This document shows positions 28,317-38,179 of a stretch of 64,000 bases of DNA, one piece after another (the first letter of the stretch is position 1; every line of letters begins with the position of its first letter). The notes below the pieces were generated by a model. It was not told where the DNA came from, did not search any database, and worked only from the letters and a program-made list of their open reading frames with translations. The translations under genes and the position numbers were made by a program. Source of the DNA: Acidobacteriota bacterium (GTDB lineage: Bacteria > Acidobacteriota > UBA6911); contig JAFGAO010000140.1 of the NCBI GenBank assembly GCA_016933615.1, positions 5,320 through 69,319 on the forward strand, written 5' to 3'.

Positions 28317-29384
28317 TCACGCCCGCTCCGTCAAGAAAGAGGCGACGACAATACAGACAATCAGACCGATGATCACCGCCACAGGCCCCCAGGCCCCTGT
28401 TCCGGCGGGACTGGAAGCGAGCAGGAAGTTGTGAGAAACGGCGGCGCCGGCCAGGTAACCCATGACGGTTATGGCCGCATCCGAATCCCCTTCACCGGAA
28501 AGAATGCAGTTGCGCAGGGGACAGCCCCCGATAAGGGTAGCCGCCAGCCCCACCAGGGACATTCCGAGGAAATTCCAGAGGTGCATCGTGTGGGAAACCG
28601 GCTGATCCTCAAATCCCCAGTGGTAGATCCCTTCCGCGCCGAAATTGCCGGCTGCGTAATTGGTCGCGATCGCGGCAACGAAGAATGCAATGACGCCGCT
28701 GATCAGATACGTGTCCTTAACCAGGAAAATATCGCGCCAGGCGCCGACGAAACACATGCGGGTCTTCTGCGCCATGAAACCGACAGCCAGCCCGACGATA
28801 AGAGCGAGGATAATCGGAGCGAATGCCGCCCCGGGGCCTTTCTCGCTTTGAAAAATGAACCCGGGTTTAAAAAAGGCCATAAGGAGCAGTCCGACCATGA
28901 TGGCCGGCATCATCCAGCCGACGACCGGTTTCATACGGGAAGCGCGTCCGAAATGGAATCCCCGCTTCAGGAAAAAAATCCCGACGAGAGCGCCCGCCAC
29001 CAGACCCAGAAGCGCAATAACGCCGTTGAGGTCTCCTCCGGCGATCCGGAGCATCATGCGTATCGGGCAGCCCAGAAATACCAGCGCCCCGATCATGACG
29101 AAGGCGCCCATGAGAAAGCGCAGGATCGGTGACGAGCCTCCCCTGGAGCGGAATTCGCCGAATATCAGAGAACTGATGAACGCGCCCAGGATGAACCCCA
29201 TGATCTCGGGACGCAGGTATTGCACGACAGCGGCGCGGTGAATCCCGACGGCGCCCGCAATATCACGGAGGAAACAGGCGACGCAGATGCCCATGTTCGC
29301 CGGGTTTCCCCAGTTGACCATCAGTGCGCCGAGAATTCCGAATACGATGCCCGCAATAATCATGAATATTTTTTTGGTTTTCAT
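28317..29384 (-). CDS. yedE: YedE family putative selenium transporter
   Basis: GNPANMGICVACFLRD, FLGCP, MCFVG, GGCPLR. First gene of the selD operon. Confidence 0.9.
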   Translation of the reverse strand: MKTKKIFMIIAGIVFGILGALMVNWGNPANMGICVACFLRDIAGAVGIHRAAVVQYLRPEIMGFILGAFISSLIFGEFRSRGGSSPILRFLMGAFVMIGALVFLGCPIRMMLRIAGGDLNGVIALLGLVAGALVGIFFLKRGFHFGRASRMKPVVGWMMPAIMVGLLLMAFFKPGFIFQSEKGPGAAFAPIILALIVGLAVGFMAQKTRMCFVGAWRDIFLVKDTYLISGVIAFFVAAIATNYAAGNFGAEGIYHWGFEDQPVSHTMHLWNFLGMSLVGLAATLIGGCPLRNCILSGEGDSDAAITVMGYLAGAAVSHNFLLASSPAGTGAWGPVAVIIGLIVCIVVASFLTERA

Positions 29385-29501
29385 TCTCCGCTCCTCCACA
29401 ACCCCCGGGAATCCTGTTTGGAAATGTTGAAGTCAGACCTCTTTCTCCGCTTGATAAATCCCATGCAATGGCGTAGAAAAAGACGGTACAGGGAAACCAT
29501 G

Positions 29502-29540
29502 ATAAATAATATTTATATTTTTGCAATATATATTTTATAT
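29502..29540. promoter_or_regulatory. Two LysR-type ATA-N9-TAT (T-N11-A) boxes
   Basis: ATAAATAATATTTAT (29502-29516) and ATATATATTTTATAT (29526-29540) between the divergent yedE and lysR genes. Confidence 0.6.
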
Positions 29541-29641
29541 ACCGTGCGCCCCGGCCCCGGCGGCACCGAGTTGCCTCGAGTAGCCTTCCGGGTTCTCTGT
29601 CCGGCAGTCGGCGTGAAACGGAGAACGGGAAACCGGGAATA

Positions 29642-30547
29642 ATGAATCTGGACTACCTTATAACTTTCAGAAACGTCGCGCGCTTGGGCAGTTTTTCAGA
29701 AGTAGCCCTGAAAATGGGGCTCAGCCAGCCCGCGGTTTCTTTCCAGATTCGGAAACTGGAGCAGAAGTTCGGAATCCGATTACTGGACAGGACCCAGAAG
29801 GCCATCAAACTCACAGTCGCGGGCAAACGCCTTCTTCAATTCATAGAATCGATCGAGGGGGACCTCGGACGGCTTGAAAACGATTTTGAAAAAATGAGGC
29901 AGGATATTTCCGGGGATCTTTGGATCATTGCCAGCACCATTCCCAGCGAATATATTCTGCCGGGCCTTTTGGCGGAATTCAAAGAGATGCACCCGACCGT
30001 GCGGGTGAAGGTGGACACGCTCGACTCCCTGGACGCCGTCAAAGGCGTGCTCGAAGGCAAGTACGAGGTGGGATTCTGCGGGATCAAGCCGGGCGAACAG
30101 GGTTTGGAATCCTTCAGGGTCTGCGGCGACGAAATCGTCCTGATCGTGTTTCCGGATCACCCCTTCGCCCAAAGAAACTGGATATCTTATTCCGAGCTGG
30201 AAGCCGAACACCTTATTTTCCGAAGCGAAACATCGGGTACGCAGCAGAGCCTGGAGAAACTCGCGGCACAATCAAAAATAAAATTCAAAAAACTGACCCC
30301 TCATCTCATCATGGGCAGCACGCAGGCCGTCGTCTCGGCCGTCGAGGCGGGGGCCGGTGTCGCGTTCATATCAAAATCGGCGATTAAAAAGAGCCTGGAA
30401 CTCGGCCTCGTCCGGCAGGTGGCGATAAAGGGATTCAGCCTGAAACGGGACTTCTACTGCTTCTATCCCAGGGAACGGATCGTGTCCCGCCTGATCAAAG
30501 AATTCATAGCCTTTATTCGAAAGGAAACCTCCTCCGGCGGACTCTGA
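29642..30547 (+). CDS. LysR family regulator (selenium-metabolism-associated/CysL-like)
   Basis: HTH GSFSEVALKMGLSQPAVSFQIRKLE plus substrate-binding domain. Divergent from yedE. Confidence 0.92.
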   Translation: MNLDYLITFRNVARLGSFSEVALKMGLSQPAVSFQIRKLEQKFGIRLLDRTQKAIKLTVAGKRLLQFIESIEGDLGRLENDFEKMRQDISGDLWIIASTIPSEYILPGLLAEFKEMHPTVRVKVDTLDSLDAVKGVLEGKYEVGFCGIKPGEQGLESFRVCGDEIVLIVFPDHPFAQRNWISYSELEAEHLIFRSETSGTQQSLEKLAAQSKIKFKKLTPHLIMGSTQAVVSAVEAGAGVAFISKSAIKKSLELGLVRQVAIKGFSLKRDFYCFYPRERIVSRLIKEFIAFIRKETSSGGL

Positions 30548-30664
30548 CCTTCCCGCCCGCCCACGACCGCGCTTCCAATACTGCAATTTTTCACCGCTAT
30601 CCCTGCATCCTGTTTCTCTTCATGTATTTCCGGAGGATTCTCACATCCTGCGCCCCTGCTATCT

Positions 30665-30679
30665 ATTAATTATATTTAT
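30665..30679. promoter_or_regulatory. LysR-type box upstream of the porin
   Basis: ATTAATTATATTTAT is 13/15 identical to the box at 29502. Confidence 0.5.
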
Positions 30680-30789
30680 TATACTCATAATAATTATCTT
30701 GACATAAATTTAAAATAAAACTAAAAACAACCTCCGGATCATTCAAAATTTCTTCAATTCGGGACAAAGAACCTGGCAGTTCCGGTTCG

Positions 30790-32031
30790 ATGAAAACGCA
30801 ATTTCTAAAGAAAGGAATCCAGATGATGCATCTATTCATATCGAATGTTCAAACCGGGCGCCGCCGAATGTCCGACGTACCGAAAAAGTCAAACCCCAGA
30901 ACGTTGCGGCGGCCGGTCCAAACCGCCGTATGCGTTTCCATGATCCTTTTCCATCTGTCGTTTTCCTCCCCGGCGCGCGCGGGAGTGAAGATCAATCTGG
31001 ACGACAACCGATGGATCGAGCTGGGCATGCGGATGCAGGCATGGTACCAGGCGGTCGACGCCGGGGACAGCGCCGCGATTCACGACTTCATGATACGCAG
31101 GCCGTATTTTTATGTGCAGGGCCAGGCGCACCCCGATGTCACGTTTTTCGCCCACATCGCCGGGGACCGGATCGGACAGGACGGCCTCGACAGCCCGGGA
31201 GTCGGGCTGGGCTCGGGGCTGGCCATCCGCGACGGATGGATCGCCTATTCTCCCGCGGACGAATTCAAGGTCCAGGCGGGCCGCATGTATGTTCCCTTCA
31301 CCCGCGCCTTCGGCACGGAAAGCACCTTCGCCCTCCTGACGCTGGATCTGCCCTACGAGCAGGGCGGCGTGCGCGGGGCGCCCTTCTTCCCGTCCAAAGT
31401 GGGCCGGGACGACGGCGTCGTCGCCTGGGGCAATCTCGCAAAGGGTCTCGTGCAGTACCGGTTCGGTCTTTTTGAAGGCCAGGGAGCCGCGCAGAATCCG
31501 GACCGGAACCTGCGCACATCCGGAAGGGTCTCCCTGAGCCTTCTCGACCCCGAGACTTCCTGGTTCAACAGCGGCAACTACCTGGGCGAAAAAAAGGTGC
31601 TGTCGTTCGGATTCGGATTCGACAGGCAGGCATGCCTGCAATGGGGGGAACGCCCCGCGGACGACTACTTCGGATGGACGGCCGACCTTTTCCTGGATCA
31701 TCCGGCCGGCGCCGGGACAGTAGTTGTCGAAGGCGCCTACATCGACATCCAGAACGCCCAGAACCTGGCGGACGCCAAAAATTATTACGGCCAGGCGGGC
31801 TACCTCTTCCCAAAGATTGCGGACAAAGTGGAGCTCCAGCCCTATGCCAGGTTTGAAAAAACAAACAGGGAGCAAATGGCGGATACCGTTTATGCGAGCG
31901 GCGGCATGAACGTGTTTTTCAGGAAACACAGCCTCAAGCTGACTTTCGACTTCACCAAGGTTTCCCAGGGAGCCGAAACATCCGAGGAGGATAAATCCCT
32001 CTTTACGGTTCAATTCCAGGCCGCCCTGTAG
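30790..32031 (+). CDS. Outer-membrane beta-barrel porin, phosphate-selective O/P-like (true start probably 30823 or 30868)
   Basis: Signal ends SPARA-G. Amphipathic strands, FKVQAGRMYVPFTR, terminal strand FTVQFQAAL. Confidence 0.75.
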   Translation: MKTQFLKKGIQMMHLFISNVQTGRRRMSDVPKKSNPRTLRRPVQTAVCVSMILFHLSFSSPARAGVKINLDDNRWIELGMRMQAWYQAVDAGDSAAIHDFMIRRPYFYVQGQAHPDVTFFAHIAGDRIGQDGLDSPGVGLGSGLAIRDGWIAYSPADEFKVQAGRMYVPFTRAFGTESTFALLTLDLPYEQGGVRGAPFFPSKVGRDDGVVAWGNLAKGLVQYRFGLFEGQGAAQNPDRNLRTSGRVSLSLLDPETSWFNSGNYLGEKKVLSFGFGFDRQACLQWGERPADDYFGWTADLFLDHPAGAGTVVVEGAYIDIQNAQNLADAKNYYGQAGYLFPKIADKVELQPYARFEKTNREQMADTVYASGGMNVFFRKHSLKLTFDFTKVSQGAETSEEDKSLFTVQFQAAL

Positions 32032-32607
32032 CGGGAAACACGGCGCTCGCTCGAACCAAATTCCTGATGCGAATACAGGATCCGCTTGCGCAGTTTACCG
32101 CTCACTCCGGCCGGCTTCCGGTCGGGATTCCCCGGGGGCGGGAAACACCCAAGCGGCTTGAGGCGTTGTCTTCTCCGCGGGGCCGGCATATTCCGGCGCC
32201 GCGGTATCCGTTCGCCGGGATCGTCTCTTACCGGCGGAGTGTTTGGAGATGACGCTTTTTCACGAAAAGCCGCTCCCGGGATATCCCTGAAAAATCCTTC
32301 CATCGGCGTTCATGGTCAGACACTGGACGTTTCCATGGGGAGCCGAACCGCCCCTGCGTCACTGTGAAATAATCCCGTTATTGTTATGTACTGGATCTCA
32401 ATTAATGTTATGCTTTGACCTGTCCGGTGGAGGACAGCCACTGCTTGTGCGCGGCGCGATGAGTTGTCATCAGCTTTCCTCGCTCATCCCTTCCCAATCA
32501 ATCCTGCATTGTGCCGCAATCCATCGTATCATCGTCAACGGGACCGTAACTTGTTGTAAGTTAATTGGCCGGAGCGTTCTCAATTCCGGCTTCCAGGAGG
32601 TTTTGCA

Positions 32608-32943
32608 ATGGGGAAAAATATTTATGTCGGCAACCTGCCTCACTCGACCGGAGAAGCGGATTTGAAGGAACTGTTCGAGCAGAAGGGGAAGGTGGAATCC
32701 GTAAATTTGATCCGCGATTACGATACCGGAAGGTCCAAAGGATTTGCATTCGTGGAGATGGCCACCGAAGAGGATGCCGCCAAGGCCATCGAGGCCTTGA
32801 ACGCTTTTTCACTCGAGGGACGCAACCTCACAGTGAATGAAGCGCGCCCCAAGCCCGATAGAGGAAGAGGCTTTGGCGGAGGAAGAGGCGGCCCCCGCAG
32901 GAATTCCGACAGGGGACGCGGCGGTTTCCGCAGCAGGGGATGA
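32608..32943 (+). CDS. RRM RNA-binding protein with RGG tail
   Basis: RNP2 IYVGNL, RNP1 KGFAFVEM, C-terminal RGG/RG repeats. Confidence 0.95.
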   Translation: MGKNIYVGNLPHSTGEADLKELFEQKGKVESVNLIRDYDTGRSKGFAFVEMATEEDAAKAIEALNAFSLEGRNLTVNEARPKPDRGRGFGGGRGGPRRNSDRGRGGFRSRG

Positions 32944-32997
32944 AACGGCCTGCGATAACCCGATCAAAAAACAATCGGTTTTCCTTGAGGACTTTCC

Positions 32998-34506
32998 ATG
33001 CGGATCCATCTGGTGAATCCGAGCGACGTGTCTTTCGGAGTGGGTGTCATCACTCCAAGGTGGCTGTATGTATTGGCCGGTGCGACCCCGCGCCGTTATG
33101 GCGATCCTCTGATCACCGACGAGACGCTCAGGCCTTTTGATGCGGATCGCGTCCAGCCTTCCGATATCGTCGGAATCGGCATTCACACCAGCAACGCCCG
33201 GCGCGGCTATGAATTGGGGCGGCTGGTTCATGAGCGCGGCGGGATTCCCGTTTACGGAGGCATTCATGCAAGCATTTTCCCGGAGGAGCCGCGCACATAT
33301 GGCAACGCCGCGGCGGTCGTACGCGGAGACGGGGATAAAGTATGGGCCGACGTTCTGTCGGATTACATTCGCGGCTCCATTCAGCCCCTGTATGAAGGCG
33401 GAACGATTGCGGCTTCGGACTTCGCTTCCGCCCGCTGGGAATTGATGCCTCAGGGATCCTACATGTGGGCGTCCGTTCAGACGGTCCGCGGGTGCCCGAA
33501 ACACTGTTCGTTCTGTTCGGTCTGGCGCACCGACGGCCGGATGCCGCGCCAGCGGCCGGTGCAGGCGGTAATCGAAGAGGCCGTGACGCTGCGCCGCATG
33601 GGATACAGATTCATCGCATTGGCCGATGACAATTTCTACACCGTCAGCCTCGAGGATCTGGAGCGGGCAGCCCGCCGGAGCGACAAAAGTCACTACCACA
33701 GGCTTCTTTCCCTAAGGCAGGAACGCTTTCAACTGATGGACATGCTCTCGAAGATCGACAGCAATATCATATATTTCACTCAAATCACCATGGAAGCCGC
33801 CGAAGACGAGGCGTTTCTGCACGCCATGCGACGGGCGGGCATCAAGGGAGCGCTTGTCGGGATAGAGTCGGTTTCCGACGAGGGGCTGAGCAGCACCTTT
33901 AAAAGCTTCAACGCGACGGGGGAAAACCTTGTCGCAAAATTGCAGAAGTTCCGCAGTTTCGACATTCACGTGCTCGGCTCATTCATTTTCGGCCTGCAGA
34001 GCGACACTCCCGAAACATTCTCCGCCACAGCGGACCTCGCGGACCGCGCGGGTCTGACATTCGCGCAATTTGTTCCGCTTACGCCCCTTCCCGGCACCAT
34101 TGATTTTGAAAAATGGCAAAAGGGAATGATTGAGCAGAATGTGAGAATTGACGGCATCCCCATCCACAACCACTGGCTGATTCCGGATGGCCGCAGGCCT
34201 AAGATCTATATCCCTCATCCTGTTATGAATGCGGATGAAATTCTCCGCCGGACGCAGCATGTCTGGGATTCCTTTTACGGCATATCCAAGATTTGGAATC
34301 GGTCGCGCTGCGTGTCCAAAATCCGGAACCGTTTGGCCTTTGTTTTCATCTCCAAGCTCTACCGGCAAATGTACGCCAGGACCGGCATTTCCACCGACAG
34401 CGCCCGTAAATCCAATGCCGTGAAATGGACGCGGTTTATCGGAAAACTCTGCCGGCCCCTGTTCTCGGCCCCTGCGCTGCCTGAATTACAGGTTCCGACC
34501 GATTAA
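32998..34506 (+). CDS. B12-binding-domain radical SAM protein
   Basis: RGCPKHCSFC (CxxxCxxC), DDNF, GIES, GSFIFG. Confidence 0.9.
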   Translation: MRIHLVNPSDVSFGVGVITPRWLYVLAGATPRRYGDPLITDETLRPFDADRVQPSDIVGIGIHTSNARRGYELGRLVHERGGIPVYGGIHASIFPEEPRTYGNAAAVVRGDGDKVWADVLSDYIRGSIQPLYEGGTIAASDFASARWELMPQGSYMWASVQTVRGCPKHCSFCSVWRTDGRMPRQRPVQAVIEEAVTLRRMGYRFIALADDNFYTVSLEDLERAARRSDKSHYHRLLSLRQERFQLMDMLSKIDSNIIYFTQITMEAAEDEAFLHAMRRAGIKGALVGIESVSDEGLSSTFKSFNATGENLVAKLQKFRSFDIHVLGSFIFGLQSDTPETFSATADLADRAGLTFAQFVPLTPLPGTIDFEKWQKGMIEQNVRIDGIPIHNHWLIPDGRRPKIYIPHPVMNADEILRRTQHVWDSFYGISKIWNRSRCVSKIRNRLAFVFISKLYRQMYARTGISTDSARKSNAVKWTRFIGKLCRPLFSAPALPELQVPTD

Positions 34507-34510
34507 AATC

Positions 34511-35737
34511 CTATGGGCACCGCTGTGCGCGGATTCTTCTTTTCTTGCCGGCCACGCTGAGTCGAAAGCGCCTGCGCATCGGTTGCGCATTCAGTGGAAG
34601 TGCCGCCGGCCGGAAATGGGGAACTTCAAGGCCGGGCAACTGGCAGCGTTCGATGCGTTTGCCCAGCGACTTTTCGATCTGGAAAACAAGCAATTCATCT
34701 TTTCCCACGATGAATGTGTGGGCTTCTCCGGCTCGTTTGGCACGGCCCGTGCGCCCGATGCGGTGCGTGTAGGCATCGGCCGTGTCCGGCATGTCATAGT
34801 TGATGACGTGGGTAATTTCCAGGATGTCGATGCCGCGTGCGGCAATATCGGTCGCCACGAGAATATCATATTCCCCCGTGCGAAAACCTTCGATGGACGC
34901 CTGCCTGTGATTCTGGCTCATATCTCCCTGAAGGGAGGATACGCGGAAGCCCTCTTTTTTAAGGCTTGCCGCAAGACGGCTTGTGCGGTGCTTCGTGCGT
35001 GTGAAGACCAGAACCCGTCCTTCGGTATGCTTCTCAAGCAAAGTCACCAGGAGTTTTATCTTGAGCCCCTCCGAGGTGGGGTACAGCGCATGGGATACGG
35101 TTTCGACCGGCGCCATATTCCCCGACTGCACATCGACAGGGTCGTTCAAAATGCCGGAAGCCAGCCTGCGAATGTCTCCGGGCATGGTCGCGGAAAAGAA
35201 CAGTGTCTGGCGCTTTTCAGGCAAACAGGCAAGAATGCGCCGTATATCCGGAAGAAAGCCCATATCGCACATACGATCCGCCTCATCCAGAACAAAGGTT
35301 TCGACGGATGAAATATCCATACTGCCGCTTTGAACGTGATCGAGCAGCCGGCCCGGACAGGCCACGACTATCTCGACGCCCTTCCGCAAGGCTGTCAGCT
35401 GGCTGTGGATCTTCACCCCTCCATAGATGGAGACACTCCGGACCCTGTCGGTCCCGCTCAGGCTGACGATGGCCCGATGCACCTGTTCCGCAAGTTCACG
35501 CGTGGGTTCCAGGATGAGAACGCGCGGTTTTTTAGGGACGGCGCCGCCCAACCGCTGCAGTATGGGCAGCACAAAAGCCGCGGTTTTCCCGGTTCCTGTG
35601 GGCGCCAATCCCACAATGTCCCTTCCTTGCAGGATGACGGGGATCGCCTGCCTTTGAATGGGTGTCGGTATTGCGTATCCGGCGTCCTCGATGGCCGCCC
35701 GGATAGGGTTTTTGAAGCCGAACTGATCGAAATTCAA
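34511..35737 (-). CDS. DEAD-box RNA helicase (RhlE-like)
   Basis: Q motif PTPIQ, TGTGKT, PTRELA, DEAD, SAT, ARGID, HRIGRTGR. AAGGAG precedes TTG 35737. Confidence 0.93.
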   Translation of the reverse strand: MNFDQFGFKNPIRAAIEDAGYAIPTPIQRQAIPVILQGRDIVGLAPTGTGKTAAFVLPILQRLGGAVPKKPRVLILEPTRELAEQVHRAIVSLSGTDRVRSVSIYGGVKIHSQLTALRKGVEIVVACPGRLLDHVQSGSMDISSVETFVLDEADRMCDMGFLPDIRRILACLPEKRQTLFFSATMPGDIRRLASGILNDPVDVQSGNMAPVETVSHALYPTSEGLKIKLLVTLLEKHTEGRVLVFTRTKHRTSRLAASLKKEGFRVSSLQGDMSQNHRQASIEGFRTGEYDILVATDIAARGIDILEITHVINYDMPDTADAYTHRIGRTGRAKRAGEAHTFIVGKDELLVFQIEKSLGKRIERCQLPGLEVPHFRPAALPLNAQPMRRRFRLSVAGKKRRIRAQRCP

Positions 35738-36080
35738 CAAGTACTCCTTGACTCTCAATGAGCCAAGTCGCACTCTCAGCCCGATTTTTAATATGGGAAT
35801 TCGTTTCTTTTATTGCGGTGCATTCGCGAAATCCACGAATCGCGGAAATAATACCATCTTCATTACGGCAAATCCAGCAGGGAATAGCTTATTAAAAATT
35901 AAAATCTTTCGTTCGGAGTCCAGTCTCGTGTTTGGACAAACGGTTATGAGGCTGGCATTCCGCCTGAAAGAGGAGTATTATTTGCATTCATGCAATCCAA
36001 GAATTCAATGCGCCGTTTTTAACGCCCAGCCGGAACTGGAATAAGGAATTGGAAAAATCGAGGCGGGAAAGGGTCCTATT

Positions 36081-36392
36081 TTGAAAGATCTTGTTCTAAG
36101 ACTTAAATTTCTGGGCGTGATCCCGCAGTCCGGATACACGGAATACGGATTCCATCTCGAGAATGAAGATAAAAGCCGCCGGCTCCTGGTTTTGACGATA
36201 CAGAACAATTTGTTTCAGCAGAATGCCTTGAAGCTTCAGGAGGCTCCGGATCTGTGCTACCAGAAAGTTCTTGCCGGCCTGGAGGGCGAAACAGGCGATT
36301 GCCCGATTCCCGCCCGAATGCCCGTCACCGCCGCCGACATCGTCCAGTACAGGGATTTGCATCCTACGGCAAAGTCCCGAAAGCATTACTGA
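36081..36392 (+). CDS. Small hypothetical protein
   Basis: Protein-like 103-aa ORF (EYGFHLE...LQEAPDLCYQK) in an otherwise empty interval. No family recognised. Confidence 0.55.
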   Translation: MKDLVLRLKFLGVIPQSGYTEYGFHLENEDKSRRLLVLTIQNNLFQQNALKLQEAPDLCYQKVLAGLEGETGDCPIPARMPVTAADIVQYRDLHPTAKSRKHY

Positions 36393-36559
36393 TTATTTCA
36401 AAACCGACAGCTTTGTTGAAATACGGGACAATGCAAGTTTCGCGGGCATCCGCTTCTTTTTTACTTTCCTATAACCATTCTCCTGAAGGTTGTTTTACAA
36501 TACCCGGGTCCGGGCCGTCCTATCAACAAATTTGCGGGTTTCGAGGAAAGGAAATCGGG

Positions 36560-37591
36560 ATGAAATTACAAAAATGGATTATCGTTTCTACTCTGGCTGT
36601 TTCGCTTGCCGCGCTTTGGACTTCGGGTTGCACGACGACTGCACCCGGTTGTGACCGGCAGTGCCTGGCGGATCTCATGCAACAATACATCGAGGCGCTG
36701 CCGACCCATGATCCCAAGGGTTTGCCGTTCGCGGAAGAGGTCAAATTCACCGAGAACTCCGCGGAAAACGTGGAATCGCTCGAGATCGGGAAAGGGTTGT
36801 GGGAAACCGCGACGGGAGGCCCGACGGAGTTTCAGATCTATGCCGCCGATCCTGAAGCCCAGGCGGCCGCCTGCATCGTGGTCATGAAAGAGGACGAGAA
36901 AGACATCATACTCGGAGCGCGCATCAAACTCGAAAACGGCAAGATCACCGAAGCCGAGCATATGGTGGTTCGCGGCGGCGGAACGAGCAAGATGCCTTAC
37001 AGCGAAATGCCCAACCTGCAGCAGGCCCGGCCCGGTTTCTCGGAAGACATACCGGAGGCCGAACGCATGACGCGGGAGGATCTGCTCCGAATCGGGCTTT
37101 CCTACTACGACGCGCTCACCTCGGAAGACGGCACGCGCGCGCCGTTCTCCCCGAAATGCGAACGCCGCGAGAACGGAATGACGACCGCCGGCGGCACTCC
37201 TCCCGCTCCCAAGGAAAAGGCTGCCCCGGAAGGCGCCATGCCCACCGGAGGATTCGGGGGCATTCCCAGAGACTGCGAAGGGCAGCTCAGCGCCGGCGTC
37301 TTCTCGTACATCACCGAAATCAAGCCGCGCATGGTGGTCGCGGACATGCAGAAAGGAATTTCCGTCGGTTTTTCAATGTTCCGCCACGACGGCACCAGAA
37401 GGCTGCCCGAGGATGCGGAGCCGGGAGCGGACAACAAAACGCAATGGGGGCAATTCAACCTGGCCGCGGTGCATGTCTACAAAATCAGAAACGGCGAACT
37501 CTATGAAATAGAGGCCCCCGGGGCCATTCTGCCCTACGGCGTCAAATCCGGCTGGGAATCGGAAGAGCAGATTTTCCCGAAACCGGAATAA
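36560..37591 (+). CDS. Secreted hypothetical lipoprotein (paralog of 19117..20217)
   Basis: Lipobox TSGC, CDRQCL, VKFTEN, CERRENG, PYGVKSGW. ATG 36560 with upstream purine-rich SD. Confidence 0.75.
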   Translation: MKLQKWIIVSTLAVSLAALWTSGCTTTAPGCDRQCLADLMQQYIEALPTHDPKGLPFAEEVKFTENSAENVESLEIGKGLWETATGGPTEFQIYAADPEAQAAACIVVMKEDEKDIILGARIKLENGKITEAEHMVVRGGGTSKMPYSEMPNLQQARPGFSEDIPEAERMTREDLLRIGLSYYDALTSEDGTRAPFSPKCERRENGMTTAGGTPPAPKEKAAPEGAMPTGGFGGIPRDCEGQLSAGVFSYITEIKPRMVVADMQKGISVGFSMFRHDGTRRLPEDAEPGADNKTQWGQFNLAAVHVYKIRNGELYEIEAPGAILPYGVKSGWESEEQIFPKPE

Positions 37592-37769
37592 CGGGCGGCG
37601 TCCGCTGCCGGGATCGGCACAAGCCGCTCCCGGCAGCGGCAATACCGCCGGCAGGGCTGGCTTGGCTGGGGATCTTGGCTCCGTTGAAACGATCGCTTTG
37701 AATAATTATTTTCTCGGGAATCCTGAGAGCCGCAAAAGCGCGCGTATGGACCGCGTCCCTTAAGAGCGT

Positions 37770-38105
37770 CTAGCAACCTTCAAGGGCTTTTTTCTCGTCG
37801 TCGAAAACGTCGAATATGACCAGCAGCTTCGCGACCACAAGCAGCGTGTGCACTTTCTGGTTCAGGTTCAGAAGAGGCAGCTTGACTCCCTGGTTCTTTG
37901 CGTGAATGAAGCAGCTGATCATTTCACCGATCCCGCTGCTGTCTATGTAGTCGACATCCTTAAGATTCAGGACGACTTTCGGCGTGCCGCCCTTGACCGC
38001 CTCGCGGACCGAATTGCGCAGCTCGGCCGTGGCAGGGCCGAGTACCAGCGGCCCGCTGCAGTCCAATACTTTACACCTGCCTACCGTGCGTGTTGCGATT
38101 TTCAT
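37770..38105 (-). CDS. STAS-domain anti-sigma-factor antagonist
   Basis: VVLNLKDVDYIDSSGIG with the phosphorylatable Ser. Confidence 0.92.
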   Translation of the reverse strand: MKIATRTVGRCKVLDCSGPLVLGPATAELRNSVREAVKGGTPKVVLNLKDVDYIDSSGIGEMISCFIHAKNQGVKLPLLNLNQKVHTLLVVAKLLVIFDVFDDEKKALEGC

Positions 38106-38179
38106 AAAGCAAATCTCCTATAAATTGTGCCGTCGTTTTCTATGCACCTGTCCGGTTCATTGCAACGGAACCTTTTCTT

